64,000 nucleotides of DNA from positions 434,001 through 498,000 of the forward strand of contig CM068769.1 in NCBI GenBank assembly GCA_035084275.1, in the 5' to 3' direction. The stretch comes from Hydrolagus colliei (lineage: Eukaryota). The translations under genes and the position numbers were made by a program. This document shows, piece by piece, positions 11,451-24,361 of this stretch. A model generated the notes under the pieces. That model made no database searches. It was not told the DNA's origin and saw only the letters and a program-made list of their open reading frames with translations. The stretch's first letter is position 1; every line of letters starts with the position of its first letter.

Positions 11451-14400
11451 AGAAAGAAATGATAAGAATACTAACTCTTCCATTTGATACAGCGCTTTCA
11501 CGTCTCCTAGAAGTCAAAATAGACTCCTTAGAATATACTGTAAAGTGAAGTAACTATATATTTTGCGGGTGACTTGCGGAGCTAATTGCGCACAGCAGTC
11601 ACCCGAAAAACAGTCGTGGATTGAAATTACCAATTTTGTTTTTTTCATGGGATTATTATCAAGCGTGTGGCGGAAGGAAAGTTGGCCAAGGTGTCACTGT
11701 GTCTGGAATCAAACACAGGTCTCTTGCTTACAAACCAACTGAGCTACAATAACAGGATAGTTATTCGGGTAGGACAGATTTTGGAATGCTACAGTTATGG
11801 AGCGGGTTGTGTGATTGATTTGGCCACATGTTTTCAAAGAGCTGGCGAAGACACGATGGGCAGAATAAGTACCTTCTGTGCTGTATACTTCTGGGAACTA
11901 AAAATACCAGGTTTGCTAGATATGAATTGAGTGATGGAATACGTGTTGAACTTCGTTCTACAAATGCATAATTTTCTATTTAAAAAGTTACATTGTCCCG
12001 GCTTATCATCATTGAAGTGTTTCTACTGTATATGTTAGGCTGACAGGCCAATCGATAACGACTTATCAATCTACTACTATTAGTATTAACAGAAACACAT
12101 GAAACCGTTCAGTATTCTGGCAATATTCCCGTATCTAAAGAAGATTGAAAGATTGTGGCCACAGCTTCCACTATTTTGACCCGTACTTCCATCAGTAACA
12201 CAGCACGCATTCAGTATGGAAAGGGTGAATTATCTAATTTGAGCATCATCAATCATGTCAGTACTTTCTTCCTGCTTAATTTTTTATCATATCCAATGGT
12301 TCTATATTCTCCTCGTATACCTTGATATTCGCTGCGTCCTTTTTCCATGTTCATTCAATGCTGCATCCATGCTATGTCTCTGCAACAAGATTTCCAATTT
12401 GAGGAAACTATTATCACTGAGAAATGTATGCTAGATTCTATAAAATAATTTTCATGTACCCACTACATTTTGTGAATAAAATCTGCTTACTGCACTTCGT
12501 GAAACTTGTTCCACTTTCCTGCTTAAATTGTCATACTTATATTTGATCTTTGCTTGGATAGAAATGCAGTGTGTGTTACTAAGAATGCGAGAGCATGAAA
12601 GATTGGGATAGACTACTTTTTTTTATGGGATAATAATGCGCACTTCAATCGAATCAGAAAATCAATAATTCACAGACTAGACTATGTTTTCTATCTCCAA
12701 TCTAATTGTCTATCTTTGCCTTTCGTTACAGCCTCTTTAATTTTACTAACACGTCAATTCATCAAATATCTTTAGAATATCCATATATACTACATCAACT
12801 GCAATTCCTGCCAAACCCTAGTCAGGCAGCTAAAGCCCCTGCTTGTCCAACGCCCACACAACTCCCACCTGAGCAGCTATGCTTTCAGCCATTTACGACC
12901 AAATGCTCTCTTGCTCTCTCCGTCAATCACCCTCGACTTGTCCCCTTCCTCCACACATTCCAATACCGTCTAAACACTTCCCAATTTGATCTATACAGTA
13001 ACAACTGCGAGATATGTCGCGATCGCCACCCCGGAAGTCGCCTCAAAAGCGTTTCACAACAACGCATTCTGTTACAGTCGTCTCCCCCACTCTCTCTCCC
13101 CCAGGGTCGGGGAGAGGGAGGCTCCGTCAGTGTGAAGAGCTCCGGGACGCTATACCACGTGAACAGCCCAGTGCAAATCCATGTCCTTCCTGTAACAACG
13201 CTGAGGGTGATAGGCACTCAACCTTTGTGACGCAGAGCACACGTGTAACCAACTCCACAATAACCCAAAACAGGTGCAGACAAATGATGAGGAGACTGAC
13301 GAGAAAGGTATTAGCTTAGATATTCCTGGCCTAGTCAAACCTAAACAAGCTGTAGACCAACTAGACCTTGGTTGTTCATGTACTCAGCCTCACCAAGCTC
13401 CAGTCCTCTCGGGAGCTTCTCATTCAACTCCTCTGGCATATTGTCCTATAGAGGTCAAAATCCTGGCCTTCAGCTCCAAGTCCCTCCATGGTCTCATGCA
13501 AGTCTATGACTTCTAATTCGCTCAGTATCTCTGCTCAGCAGGCCGCAGCATTCTTCAAACCCTGATAAATTGTCCGCCTCGACCTACCAACCGCAACCAC
13601 AACACCCATTAGCCTCAATCGGATTCACATCAGATCCTCCAGGTGCGAAAGTAAAATTTACTTTGTCAAAGTAATTTTGTTGTTGTTTTTGCTTTCTGCT
13701 CCCCGCACGTCTTCTTCAATTTCATTCAGAATTTCCTCACTGTTGCCCTTTCCCTCACCTTACCAAATGATTACCTTGACACCTACCCCTCTGTCCTCCA
13801 ATCCACAATTTCTTCGGCCTCCAGCCCTGTCTCATTCCAAGAACTCGCGGCTTTAAAATTATTGGGCCAATGCCATTTCTCAGTGATGTGAATGGCTCTA
13901 TCAACGTTCTCAGTGCTTTCAATGGACGAAGAATATCGCTTATTGCTGTGATTGACTGTGAGCGATGTGAAATTATTTCTACAACGTGGGATCTTTTGCA
14001 CTACATTTGGGAAGATATTTTTAGTTTGCTAACTTGAACTGAACGATAGCAATTGTTACGTATAATATAGCACCTCTCCCATAGATAAAACGGAACGAAT
14101 GCTTCACAGGTTTCTCTGTAAATTGTATTGACTGTATTTTTTGTGATATAATGCCAATATATACCGTGCCGAATGGTGTTAAGAGTCAAAAATCCATTTT
14201 CGGTTTCAAGAGGCGCAGACAGAATATGAAAGTTTGAGGTTGAATGATTTACAATACTAGAGTTGGGCGTGAGATTGATGGGATCGCTAGCTTCGAGAGG
14301 TTGTGCACACTCAATAGCCAGCATTACTGCTTACGGTTGATACCAAATTATTATTTTTTTAAAAAAGATGTTTCGCCGTATTTTACACACGATGGTTTGC

Positions 14401-16559
14401 CACATACTGAAATCGAGTGACTGATTAATTCTATCTGGAAAATTGCAGGCCATCATCATACATGCAACTTGGAATCTCAGTGGTTTTCCCACTTGTTTCC
14501 TGTGTGAAGCTTGAATAGCAAATACAGGCTGAATCCAGATAGATATCAGGAAATGCATAAGTCAACATGTGCTTAAAAAATAGAATTTCTGGTTATAATT
14601 TCCAGTATCTTATTTCACTCTTTCCTCACCAGGTGCTGATTTTGCCCTTGAGGCATCAGTTATTTACGGGGTGGAAAAACATTTACGGGACAGTTTCAGC
14701 TGTGCCAGCAACTTGATAAGCAAAAACAATAATCATTGCATTTGGTATAGCGCTTCTCATAGGTTATCGACCTCTCAAAGCGATTTCCCAATATATACTG
14801 CAAAGTGAACTGACTGTATAGTTCCGCGCAAAATGCGGCAGCTAATTGCGCAAAGCAGTGTCCCCATCAACAGTCGTGGATTGAGATGACAACATTATTA
14901 TTGTGCTTTTTTTGTGAAAAAGTACTAAAGTCCCAGATCTACGTAATGCGAAAACATGCAGTAAATACTCAATACACATCATCACTTACGAAACGTGGGT
15001 CTCTTATGTTTGATGTATTTCATGATAGGTGGATGAGGGTAGTGTAGTTGATGTAATTTATATGGACTTTCAAAAGGCATTTGACAATGTGCCATATGAA
15101 ACGCTTACAAAGAAAATAGAGTACCACGCAGTTAAAGGAACAGTAGCATGAAGCTTAATGTAGAAAAATATTAGGTCTCCTCATAACCTTCTCTACTACA
15201 ATGAGAATAAATTTAGCCTTTCTAGCGTTTCTTCATAACTGACGTCCCCGATTCTGGTAAACAGTACCATTCTGGTAAACGGCCTCTGCACATTTTCCAA
15301 TGCCACAACATGCTTCGCAAAGGGTGGTGACCAGAAACTACACAGAACGCTAGCTGAGGTCTCACCAAAGGTTGATAGAGGTTAGCCAGAACTTCTGAAT
15401 TTTGTACTATATGCCCCTAGTTATAAAGCCTATTAACCCGTATGATAGCTTTGCTTAACTTTCGGCCAACTTCAATGAATCACTCACACAAACCCCGATG
15501 TCTCTCTGTTTCTACATACCCCTTAAAATTGTGTTACCTTGCCTGTAATGCCTCTCCTCATTTCTCCTCCCAAAATAAACACAGGGAAACAGAGAATGTT
15601 GAGAAAACAGGATTTATTCAGTGTCAGCGCCCATTGGCTGAAAGCATGGCCACTGTTGGTGGTATAATTAGGACATCAGTGAAGGCAGGTGTTATTTCAT
15701 TGGGAAATTAGAAATATTTGAGAATGATAAATCAACAACAAAATGCAGGCATAGCACATTTAGAATTTTGTTTGGATAAGGAGTTCGCCCACAAATATAC
15801 AGTCAATTCTCCTACAGTCCTGCGTCCTGTCCCGACCCCTCCCCCACTGCTCTTGTCCCGACCTGACTATACACCGCATTGATACGTCCTCTTGACGAGA
15901 ATGTAAGTTTTGATTGCTTGTTTGCTTGCATGGTAGCTTGATTGGCTGACTGACTGACTGACTAAGAAATATTATTAATATTACAATGAATAATTCGATC
16001 ATTTGGCAGTGAATAGGATGTGTTGATTTGGCCATATCATGAGGCAGAATCGCAGGCAAGAGATTAGTTTCTCTTAATTGAGACATAATTTAGAGTTTCT
16101 AAACAAATCCGAAAGTGTTTGAAAATGTTTCCTCTTCCCAACCAATGCTACCAATGGAACAGCCAGTCGGTCCTCTCATCAACATTGCCATGTAATAGTG
16201 TGGACTCAGGAAGCAGAATCACCACGGTGTGTTGTTTTCTGACTAACATTCTGACAAAGGTGTCAAACCAGAACAATTTCAGCTGTAAAGAGATATCACT
16301 GATCAGCTCTACCCCATAAAATGAATCACTATCTGGCCATTTGAGATTCGACGTCTGTGGGATTAAGCCACGACTGGGTAAACGGCAGACAATAGGCACT
16401 TACTGCGTGATTCCATGAGGGTAGATTCACTTGAAATTTTAATTCATGGCAATCTCTATGCCGAATGAATTCAGAGCAGAATTGTGGAGGTACAGCCATG
16501 CGATCGTTTAATAAAAGCAAACTCCATAATAACTGTAAGTCCTCGTCCTCAAATTCAAG

Positions 16560-16955
16560 GCTATTCACGGACGAGCCCCCGCCTAACTCTATGACCTATC
16601 AGCCTGCCCGCACCCTCTGTTCAGCAGACACAAGCCTTCTCCGCGTCCACCGCCCTAAGCACCCAACCATCGGCGGCCGGGCTTTCAGCCTCTCTGCTCT
16701 CACACTGTGGAACTCCATCCCTCCGCCCCTCCGCTCCGCTGCCTCCCTTCAAGGCCGGTCTCAAGCCCTTCTTATTCTACTGCGCTTTCGGCTGCCCCAC
16801 TATCTCGTCCCCCTCTCCCTTTTTCTACTTTTTCCCCTACTTCGACCCTCACACACCTCACCCCCCCTCTCCACTCGGGTCCCGACCAGACTGTTCAGCG
16901 CTTTGGACGACCTCTCCCGATGTGAACGGCGCTATTTAAGAGCAATGATGCTGTT
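16560..16955 (+). mobile_element. L2 LINE 3' fragment
   Basis: [20 protein letters not shown] motif, and the family 3' end GGACGACCTCTCCCGATGTGAACGGCGCTAT. Confidence 0.75.
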
Positions 16956-16967
16956 GTTGTTTATAAT

Positions 16968-17322
16968 AATAGTTATAATAATCCTTGCATTTGATATAGC
17001 GCTTTCCACATCTTATCGATGTCCCAAAGCGCTTCGCAGAATATACGTAAAGTGAATTGACTGTATATTTGTGGGTGAATCGCGGCAGCCAGTTGCGCAC
17101 AGCAGTGTCCCACAAACGTGTCGTGGATTGTTGTGGATTGAAATGACCAATTTTATTATTGTGGTTTTTTGGAGACATTATTACTAGGCGTGTGAAACCT
17201 TGCGGAAGGTTTCACCCTGACCTGCCTGGATTCGAGCATAGGTCTCCCCAGTTTGCAAGACAAGTGCTCCAACAACTGAGCCACAGGAGCTCCTGAGCTC
17301 CTAACCACTGAGCCACAGGAGC
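16968..17322 (-). mobile_element. tRNA-derived SINE, full length, with a locally duplicated head
   Basis: A/B-box head (GCTCCTGTGGCTCAGTGG/T...GTTCGAATCC), the shared body, and a GCAAGGATTATTAT tail. Confidence 0.8.
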
Positions 17323-17659
17323 TGTTTGTTGTCAATGTGCGAAACACTTCTCATTGTAATCCTACGAACTAAAGCGATTCCCGTGATTATAACTTCGAAA
17401 CGTTGACTATAAGGTCACAAATGTACATTCACCAGGAAATAGTTAGATATTAGGAACAGAAGAGGAAATCCAAAATTCCGTAGAAGAGGCAGGTCAAACT
17501 TAAGGAATGGGTAGTCTTAGTGTATAGTTTGGGACACCACATGTGTAGCGTCTGCCAGAATTGTGGCTGGCGAACTAATGTACCCTCAGTGCTGTCCACG
17601 TGTCTGAGCCACGTGGACAGTACTGAGGGTACATTAGTGTTTATATACACACACAATCA

Positions 17660-19097
17660 ATCAATCAATCAATCAGTGAGTACACAGAACACATACCAAT
17701 AAGTATACACACGCAATCAGTGAGTAAACACACGCACACATACAATGGGTATATACACACACAATCAGTGAGTACACAAACACACATACCAGTGAGTATA
17801 TACACACACAATCAGTGAGCACACAAACACACATACCAGTGAGTATATACACAATCAGTGAGTACCCACACACACCAGTGAGTATACACACACAATCAGT
17901 GACTACCCACACACACCAGTGAGTAAACACACACAATCACTGAGTATATACCGTAAATACCCGCGTATAAGGCACACTCGTATATAAGGCGCACCCCCCA
18001 CTTTTGACCTTTTATTGGTGAAAAAAAACGGAAGCATTTTCAATGATATTGCCGGCAGAAGGGAGGGAGGGAGGGAGGAGAGACAGGTAGGTAGGGAGCG
18101 AGGGAGCAGGAGAGACAGGGAGGGAGGGAGGAAGGCAGGAGGGACAGGGAAGGAGGGAGTTAGGCAGGAGAGACAGGGAGGGAGGGAGGCAGGAGAGACA
18201 GGTAGGGAGGGAGGGAGGGAGGGAGGGAGGGAGGGAGGCAGGCAGGCAGGGAGGGAGAGAGGGAGGCAGGCACGGAGGGAGAGAGGGAGNNNNNNNNNNN
18301 NNNNNNNNNNNNNNNNNNNNNNNNNNNNNNNNNNNNNNNNNNNNNNNNNNNNNNNNNNNNNNNNNNNNNNNNNNNNNNNNNNNNNNNNNNNNNNNNNNNN
18401 NNNNNNNNNNNNNNNNNNNNNNNNNNNNNNNNNNNNNNNNNNNNNNNNNNNNNNNNNNNNNNNNNNNNNNNNNNNNNNNNNNNNNNGAGGGAGGCAGGCA
18501 AGCAGGGAGGGAGAGAGGCAGGCAGGGAGGGAGGGAGGCTGGCAGGCAAGGAGAGAGGGAGGGAGGTAGGCAGGGAGGGAGAGAGGCAGGCAGGGAGGGA
18601 GAGAGGCAGGCAGGGAGAGAGGCAGGCAGGGAGAGAGGCAGGCAGGGAGAGAGGGAGGCAGCCAGGGAGGGAGGGAGGCAGACTGGGTTAGGCAGAAGGC
18701 AGGCAGCAGGCACGGTATTGAAGTCCACTGCTGCTGCCACTGCCCGGGCGGCCGAGGCCGAAGCCCCACCACCCACTCCCCCCAACCCCCGCCAGACACA
18801 GTGTCCAAACCCCGGATGACAGTGCGCTGGCCGCCCCTCCTCATTTCCGAGGCTCAAAATTTCTTGTACCTGCGTATAGGGTGCACCACCAACTTTCGAG
18901 ATCTTCCAACGTGCAAAAAAGTGTGCCTTATAACACGGGTATTTACGGTACACACACAATCAGTGAGTACACAAACACACAAACCAATGAGTATACACAC
19001 ACAATCAGTGAGTGCACACACAAATACATACCAGTGAGTGTATATATACACACATAATCAGTGAGTACACACAACACATACAGTTGAGTACTCACAC
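17660..19097. repeat. CACACAATCAGTGAGTA-type minisatellite, interrupted by a transposon
   Basis: Repeated ATCAGTGAGTA/ACCAGTGAGTA units at 17660-17950 and 18950-19097, resuming at 19722-19770. Confidence 0.8.
17951..18948. mobile_element. Tc1/mariner superfamily (Tc2/pogo-like) non-autonomous element, TA TSD
   Basis: The left end CCGTAAATACCCGCGTATAAGGCACAC matches the reverse complement of the right end, CCGTAAATACCCGTGTTATAAGGCACAC. TA flanks both ends. The interior is GGGA/GGCA low-complexity sequence plus an N gap. Confidence 0.8.
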
Positions 19098-19721
19098 TAG
19101 GGTCTGTCGATATGGAAATTTTCCGATTTAGATATATCGACGGGCTCATATCGAGATATACCAATATATCTATATTTTTGGGGTTTTCGTACTGCGCATG
19201 CACGCGCATTCTCCTCAGGAGGTAAATAACCTTCTCTCTCTGTGTCTCCCACACTCACTCTCTTCATCTCTGTGTTTTTCTCTCTGTGTACCTCCTCTCT
19301 CACATCCCCCGCATCTCTATCTATCTGTATATTATCACATCCCCCCCCCACCCCCCCTCCGGTCTCTCTCTCTTCTCCCGCCCCCCCCACACCCCCAGTC
19401 TCTCTATCCCCCCCCCCCCCCACCCCCCCCCACCCAGTCTCTCCCTCTCCCCTCAACCCCCTATCTCTCTCCCCTCACCCCTTGCATACCTGTATATTGT
19501 ATTCGAGGACTACGAATACAATATGGCGGCTTGCATCTCGGTCTGTGTATTGTGTATAGAGATGAGCATTCTGGGTCTTGTAGTTCAGTGCGTGCGCATT
19601 CCGATTTTCTTCGATATATCGGTTTTTCGGTATATCGATGTTTTTGGAATGTCTATATCGGAATATCGATATCAAAATTATATTGGATATAACCGATATA
19701 TTGATATATCGCCGGACCCTA
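19098..19721. mobile_element. hAT MITE (TAGGG termini), 8-bp TSD ACTCACAC
   Basis: Runs TAGGGTCTGTCGAT...ATCGCCGGACCCTA. ACTCACAC is at 19090-19097 and 19722-19729. The subterminal regions are ATCGAT-rich. Confidence 0.9.
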
Positions 19722-19771
19722 ACTCACACACACGAGTGAGCACACACACAAACACACCAGTGAGTCCACCC

Positions 19772-20545
19772 TAGGGTCCGTCGATATGGAAATTTTCCGA
19801 TATCAATATATCGGTTTGCCCATATCGACATGCACCGATATATCGATATAAACACAGATATGTTAATTTATATATCGATATAGCTATTATTTTTTTGTCT
19901 TGCGCAGTGCGCGCATATCGTTCCTGGCAATATATCAATATTGTTGGTATTATCAGTGTAATGCGATCTTTTCCAGCTTACCTTGTCGCCGGCATTGCAA
20001 CCTCCTAGACCTAGAGCATGGAATGCGCGTACATTCGGTGCGCGCGCACAATTAACGGGTGCGCACTTCCGATGCGCACGCACACTTTACTGTGTATACT
20101 CGACGTGAGTCGTGGCGTCTTAACAAAGTCGCATCGCTGAAAATTGTAGTTTGAAAATTTACCTTTCTCATCATGGGGAAAAGAAGCCCCGTATGGGACT
20201 ACTTTGAAAACAATGCAGTCAGTAATGGTGTGTATAGGTGTGCAGTTTGCAAGGTCTTGGTTAAGACATCTGATTCGAGTACGAGCAACCTGCGACAACA
20301 CATTAAGCAGCACCACCCCGCCCAGCACGCTGCCCTCAGAGCGAAATTATTGTCGACAACAGCAGGAAGTCGAACCAGCGCTTCGGAGAAAGCGACAGGT
20401 AGTGGGGCCAGTGCAGCTCAAACAATTCCTGCTTTATTTAAGAGGAGAATATTGTACCAGAGAGGGGACAAAAAGTGGCAAAGTATCACGAACGCTGTCA
20501 CTTTTTGCATAGCAAAGGAGAGCTTGCCAATGGCGAAGGACATTA
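19772..20545 (+). mobile_element. hAT transposon left end with a truncated BED-finger transposase
   Basis: Has the same TAGGGTCCGTCGAT TIR as the MITEs. The ORF from 20173 reads MGKRSPVWDYF...YRCAVCKVLVK...STSNLRQHIKQHH (zf-BED). It breaks off near AVTFCIAKESLPM, and no right TIR was found. Confidence 0.85.
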
Positions 20546-21589
20546 ATTCAGACTTCAGACTACATAAAAATAAGTGGCATTTTGTGGCTGAAAGTGTTAT
20601 TTTTGTGTGTGAGAGAGTTAGAAGCCAGATTATCACTGTTTCTATGTGTGTGTCTGACTAGACACACACATAGAAGCAGTGATAATCTGGCTTCTAACTC
20701 TAACAGTCAGACTGTCTGTCTCTCTCTTTTCTATTGTAATAGATCTCATTTACACGTGGACATTACATGCTAGTTTCAAGCAAGAAATGGAGGAGAATAA
20801 ATCTCTAGATTTTGTTTTTGGTGTGTGTGTGTTCTATTTTGTGTTTAGAGATGGAGGGAGAGAAGGAGAGGGGGAAAGTTGGGAGAGAAGGAGAGAGGAA
20901 GAGAGGAGAGGGAGGGAGAGAATGAGAGGGGGAAAGGAGGAAGAGAAGGAGCGAGGGGAAAGGAGGGAGAGAAGGAGAGAGGAAGAGAGGAGAGGGAGGG
21001 AGGGAGAGAAGGAGAGGGGGAAAGGAGGGAGAGAAGGAGCGAGGGGAAAGGAGGGAGAGAAGGAGAGAGGGGAGGGAGGCAGAGGGGGAAAGTTGGGAGA
21101 GAAGGAGAGAGGAAGAGAGGAGAGGGAGGGAGAGAAGGAGAGGGGGAAAGGAGGGAGAGAAGGAGCGAGGGGAAAGGAGGNNNNNNNNNNNNNNNNNNNN
21201 NNNNNNNNNNNNNNNNNNNNNNNNNNNNNNNNNNNNNNNNNNNNNNNNNNNNNNNNNNNNNNNNNNNNNNNNNNNNNNNNNNNNNNNNNNNNNNNNNNNN
21301 NNNNNNNNNNNNNNNNNNNNNNNNNNNNNNNNNNNNGGGAGAGTGGAGGGGGAGGGAGAGAAGGAGAGGGGAAGCCCTGGATATACTGTGGACCTGCCTG
21401 GCTCCGGAAGCGGGGACTAGAGACTGTTAACACGACACTGGGGTCTGTACTCACTGTCTCTGTGTGTGAGGTGGGGGCCACTCCACTGGTAAATATTCCC
21501 CGTCCCCCGAACTCATCCTTCAGCAGCTCCAACAGCTTGGACGCTGCCCCACAGAAGCCGTCCTGCAGGTCACACAGCAGGTGGAAGCC

Positions 21590-21974
21590 CTGCCAGACAC
21601 ACAGTCACATTATAATACTCTGTGGGCTGGATCTCCTGCCAGAGAGACGCACACATACACACACACACACACACAGTCACATTATAATACTCTGTGGGCT
21701 GGATCTCCTGCCAGAGAGAGAGAGACACACACACACAGTCACCTTATAATACTGTGTGGGCTGGATCTCCTGCTAGAGAGAGAGAGAGAGAGACACACAC
21801 ACACACAGCCACACACACACACACAGTCACATTATAATACTGTGTGGGCTGGATCTCCTGCCAGAGAGAGAGAGACACACACACACATTCACACACATAC
21901 ACAGTCACATTATAATACTCTGTGGGCTGGATCTCCTGCCAGAGAGAGACAGACACACACACACACACACACAG

Positions 21975-22007
<33 letters not shown>

Positions 22008-22110
22008 CACATTATAATACTCTGTGGGCTGCATCTCCTGCCAGAGAGAGAGACACACACACACACAGTCACATACACACATAGTCACAGGTATAATAAT
22101 CAGTGGGCTG
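21590..22110. repeat. Intronic minisatellite, about 7 units
   Basis: Core unit CAGTCACATTATAATACTCTGTGGGCTGGATCTCCTGCCAGAGAG, separated by variable (GA)n(CA)n. Confidence 0.9.
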
Positions 22111-22128
22111 GGAGCTACACACAGGAAA

Positions 22129-22495
22129 GTCCCTTTAGCTCAATGGTTAGAGGACTCGCTAGCTTTATAAGCGTGAGACCTGTGTTTCGAATCCAGGCAG
22201 GTCAGGGCGCAAACTTGGGCAGGTTTCCTTACTCCACACACACACACAGACAGACACAGCTAATAATCCCTCAAAAAAACACAATAATAAATTGGTAATT
22301 TCAAGACTGTTTTTGTGTGTGGTGGGGGGGACGACGACGACGGGGGACGCTGCTGTGCGCTGCCGTGTTTCGCCCACAAATATATACGGTCAATTCACTT
22401 TACAGTATATTCTGTGAGCGCTTTGAGACACAGTCTAGAAGACGTGACAAGCCGTGATATCAGATTCCAGGATTATTATTATATTATTATTATTA
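22129..22495 (+). mobile_element. tRNA-derived SINE
   Basis: Head TAGCTCAATGGTTAGAG...TTCGAATCCAGGCAGGTCAGGGCG, family body, and ATT-repeat tail. Confidence 0.75.
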
Positions 22496-24361
22496 AAGTG
22501 GGCCCCAGCGAAGGTTTGTCTACCTGCAGGTAATCACATTCCTCCACGTAGAAGTGAAGCCGATCTTCAGTCATCCAGAAAAGCAGGATCTTGGATCAGC
22601 CTCTCCCCCTGGCCAAAGGCTTCGAAGCGTTCAGTCTCTGCCAAAAAAACACAGGCTTTTCACCACAATAATATATAATATCACACCTTATCATGATATA
22701 CACCTTAGCATGTGGCTGAGATGCCTCAAAGTGGTGCAAGGTATACAGTTTGTGCAGCGATGTCCCCACAGAGAGCCGTGATGTGGGCAGGCGAGCGGGA
22801 GAGAGAGAAACTCCCTGCTCTTTTCCAAAAGAGCCGTGAGTGAGAATCTTTCTGGGAGATCTGTCTGTCAGTTTGACATTTTACCCGAGGGCAGTGACTC
22901 TGACTATACAGGGCTCCCCCCAGCACTGCACTAGACAAGCAGCACAGAGTGTGTGTGTGTGTGTAGTGTGGGAGGGAGGGAGGAATTGGTCTGAAGGAAG
23001 GAGGGTTGTGACACACTGAGCTGTGTACAGTGCTAACTCACCCCTCATGGTTGTACTGATGGACAACACTAACAGTCTTTGGGTGTAAGTGAACTCGCAG
23101 GTAGTCAGACCACACGATGACACTGTCCTCTAACTGATAGCTTCTCTGTGACAAGTCCACTCTCTGAGGCCCGGCTCCTGGGGAGACAAAGCAAGGTTAC
23201 TCCAGACCCTCACACACTGTGTAACCTCAAGATGGGCTGCTCCACATACCCGCCCATCCCAGCTCCACCATGAGCCCCTCTACCCTGATCGTTTGGAACA
23301 CCATCCCGATCACTCAACCTCGCCCTTTCCCTTGCCTCCTTCAAGGCGTGTCTCAAGATCCTGCTATTCGACCGTGCCTTTGGTCACCCTCCTAACCCCA
23401 CCTTCCACTCCTCCTAACCCAGCCCCCAGCTCGGGTTCAAATCTCTGTTTGTCCAGCGCCTCAGGACGTCCTGATGTGAAAAGCGCAGTGCAAAATGTAA
23501 CTTGTTGTTGTCACTCACTTTGCTCTGTCCGAAATGGTCTGCTGTTCAGGTTCTTGTATGTGTGTGGTTGGCTCTGTCGGACACACAGACACAATGAGGC
23601 AGGTAACGAGTGCACAAATGTCAAAATAAACTCTTGCGCCACCGAGCGCCCACAAATTATAGAGTGTCCCTGAAGCCCTTTGAGATACGCTAGATTATTA
23701 TTATCACTGTGGGTATTATTATATGATTATTATATTATCACTGGGATTAAGGGATATGGGGATGAGGCGGGTGGGCAGCTGGAGTTAGATTAGAAGATCA
23801 GCCATGATCTTGTTGAATGGTGGGGTGGGCTGGAGGGGCTGAATGGCCTACGCCTGCTCCTTATTTCTATGTTGTGTGGTTATTATTGTTGTTTTATTAC
23901 TGTGGTTATGATGATAATAATAATCCTTGCATTTGATATATAGTAAGTAATCCTTAAGTTTATACAGCGCTTTCCACGACTTATCGACGTCCCAAAGCGC
24001 TTCACAGAATTTGGTTGGGGAAGGAAAGTAGGAAAATTAACTGTATATTTGTGGGCGAAAGGCGGCAGCCAAATTGCGCACAGCATCGTCCCACAAACAG
24101 TCGTGAAAATAGGGCCAGGGGAGAAAGGAGGAAAAGGGGAGAGGAAGACGAAGGTGGGGAACAATAGATAGGAAAAGGGAGGGGGGTAAGGGAGAGAGGG
24201 GGGCAAGAGGGAAGAGAGAGAGAAAGGGAAAAGTGGGGAGAGAAAGTAGCGAAAGGGAGTAAGGGAAGAAGAGGCGGGGGGGGGGGGAAATCAAACAACA
24301 ACAATAAACAAAATCAACAATAAACAACAAAAGCAACAATGTTAACAAAACAACAACAATC

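Noticed and set aside
12927-13320. CpG-rich patch with overlapping ORFs, tested as missing MSTO1 exons or an Ig domain
   Set aside because: There is no convincing match to MSTO1 C-terminal exons and no Ig C-W-C spacing, so it is left unassigned.
21590-22110. Regularly spaced repeats resembling a CRISPR array
   Set aside because: The intervening sequences are (GA)n/(CA)n microsatellites, not unique spacers. The context is a eukaryotic intron and there are no cas genes.
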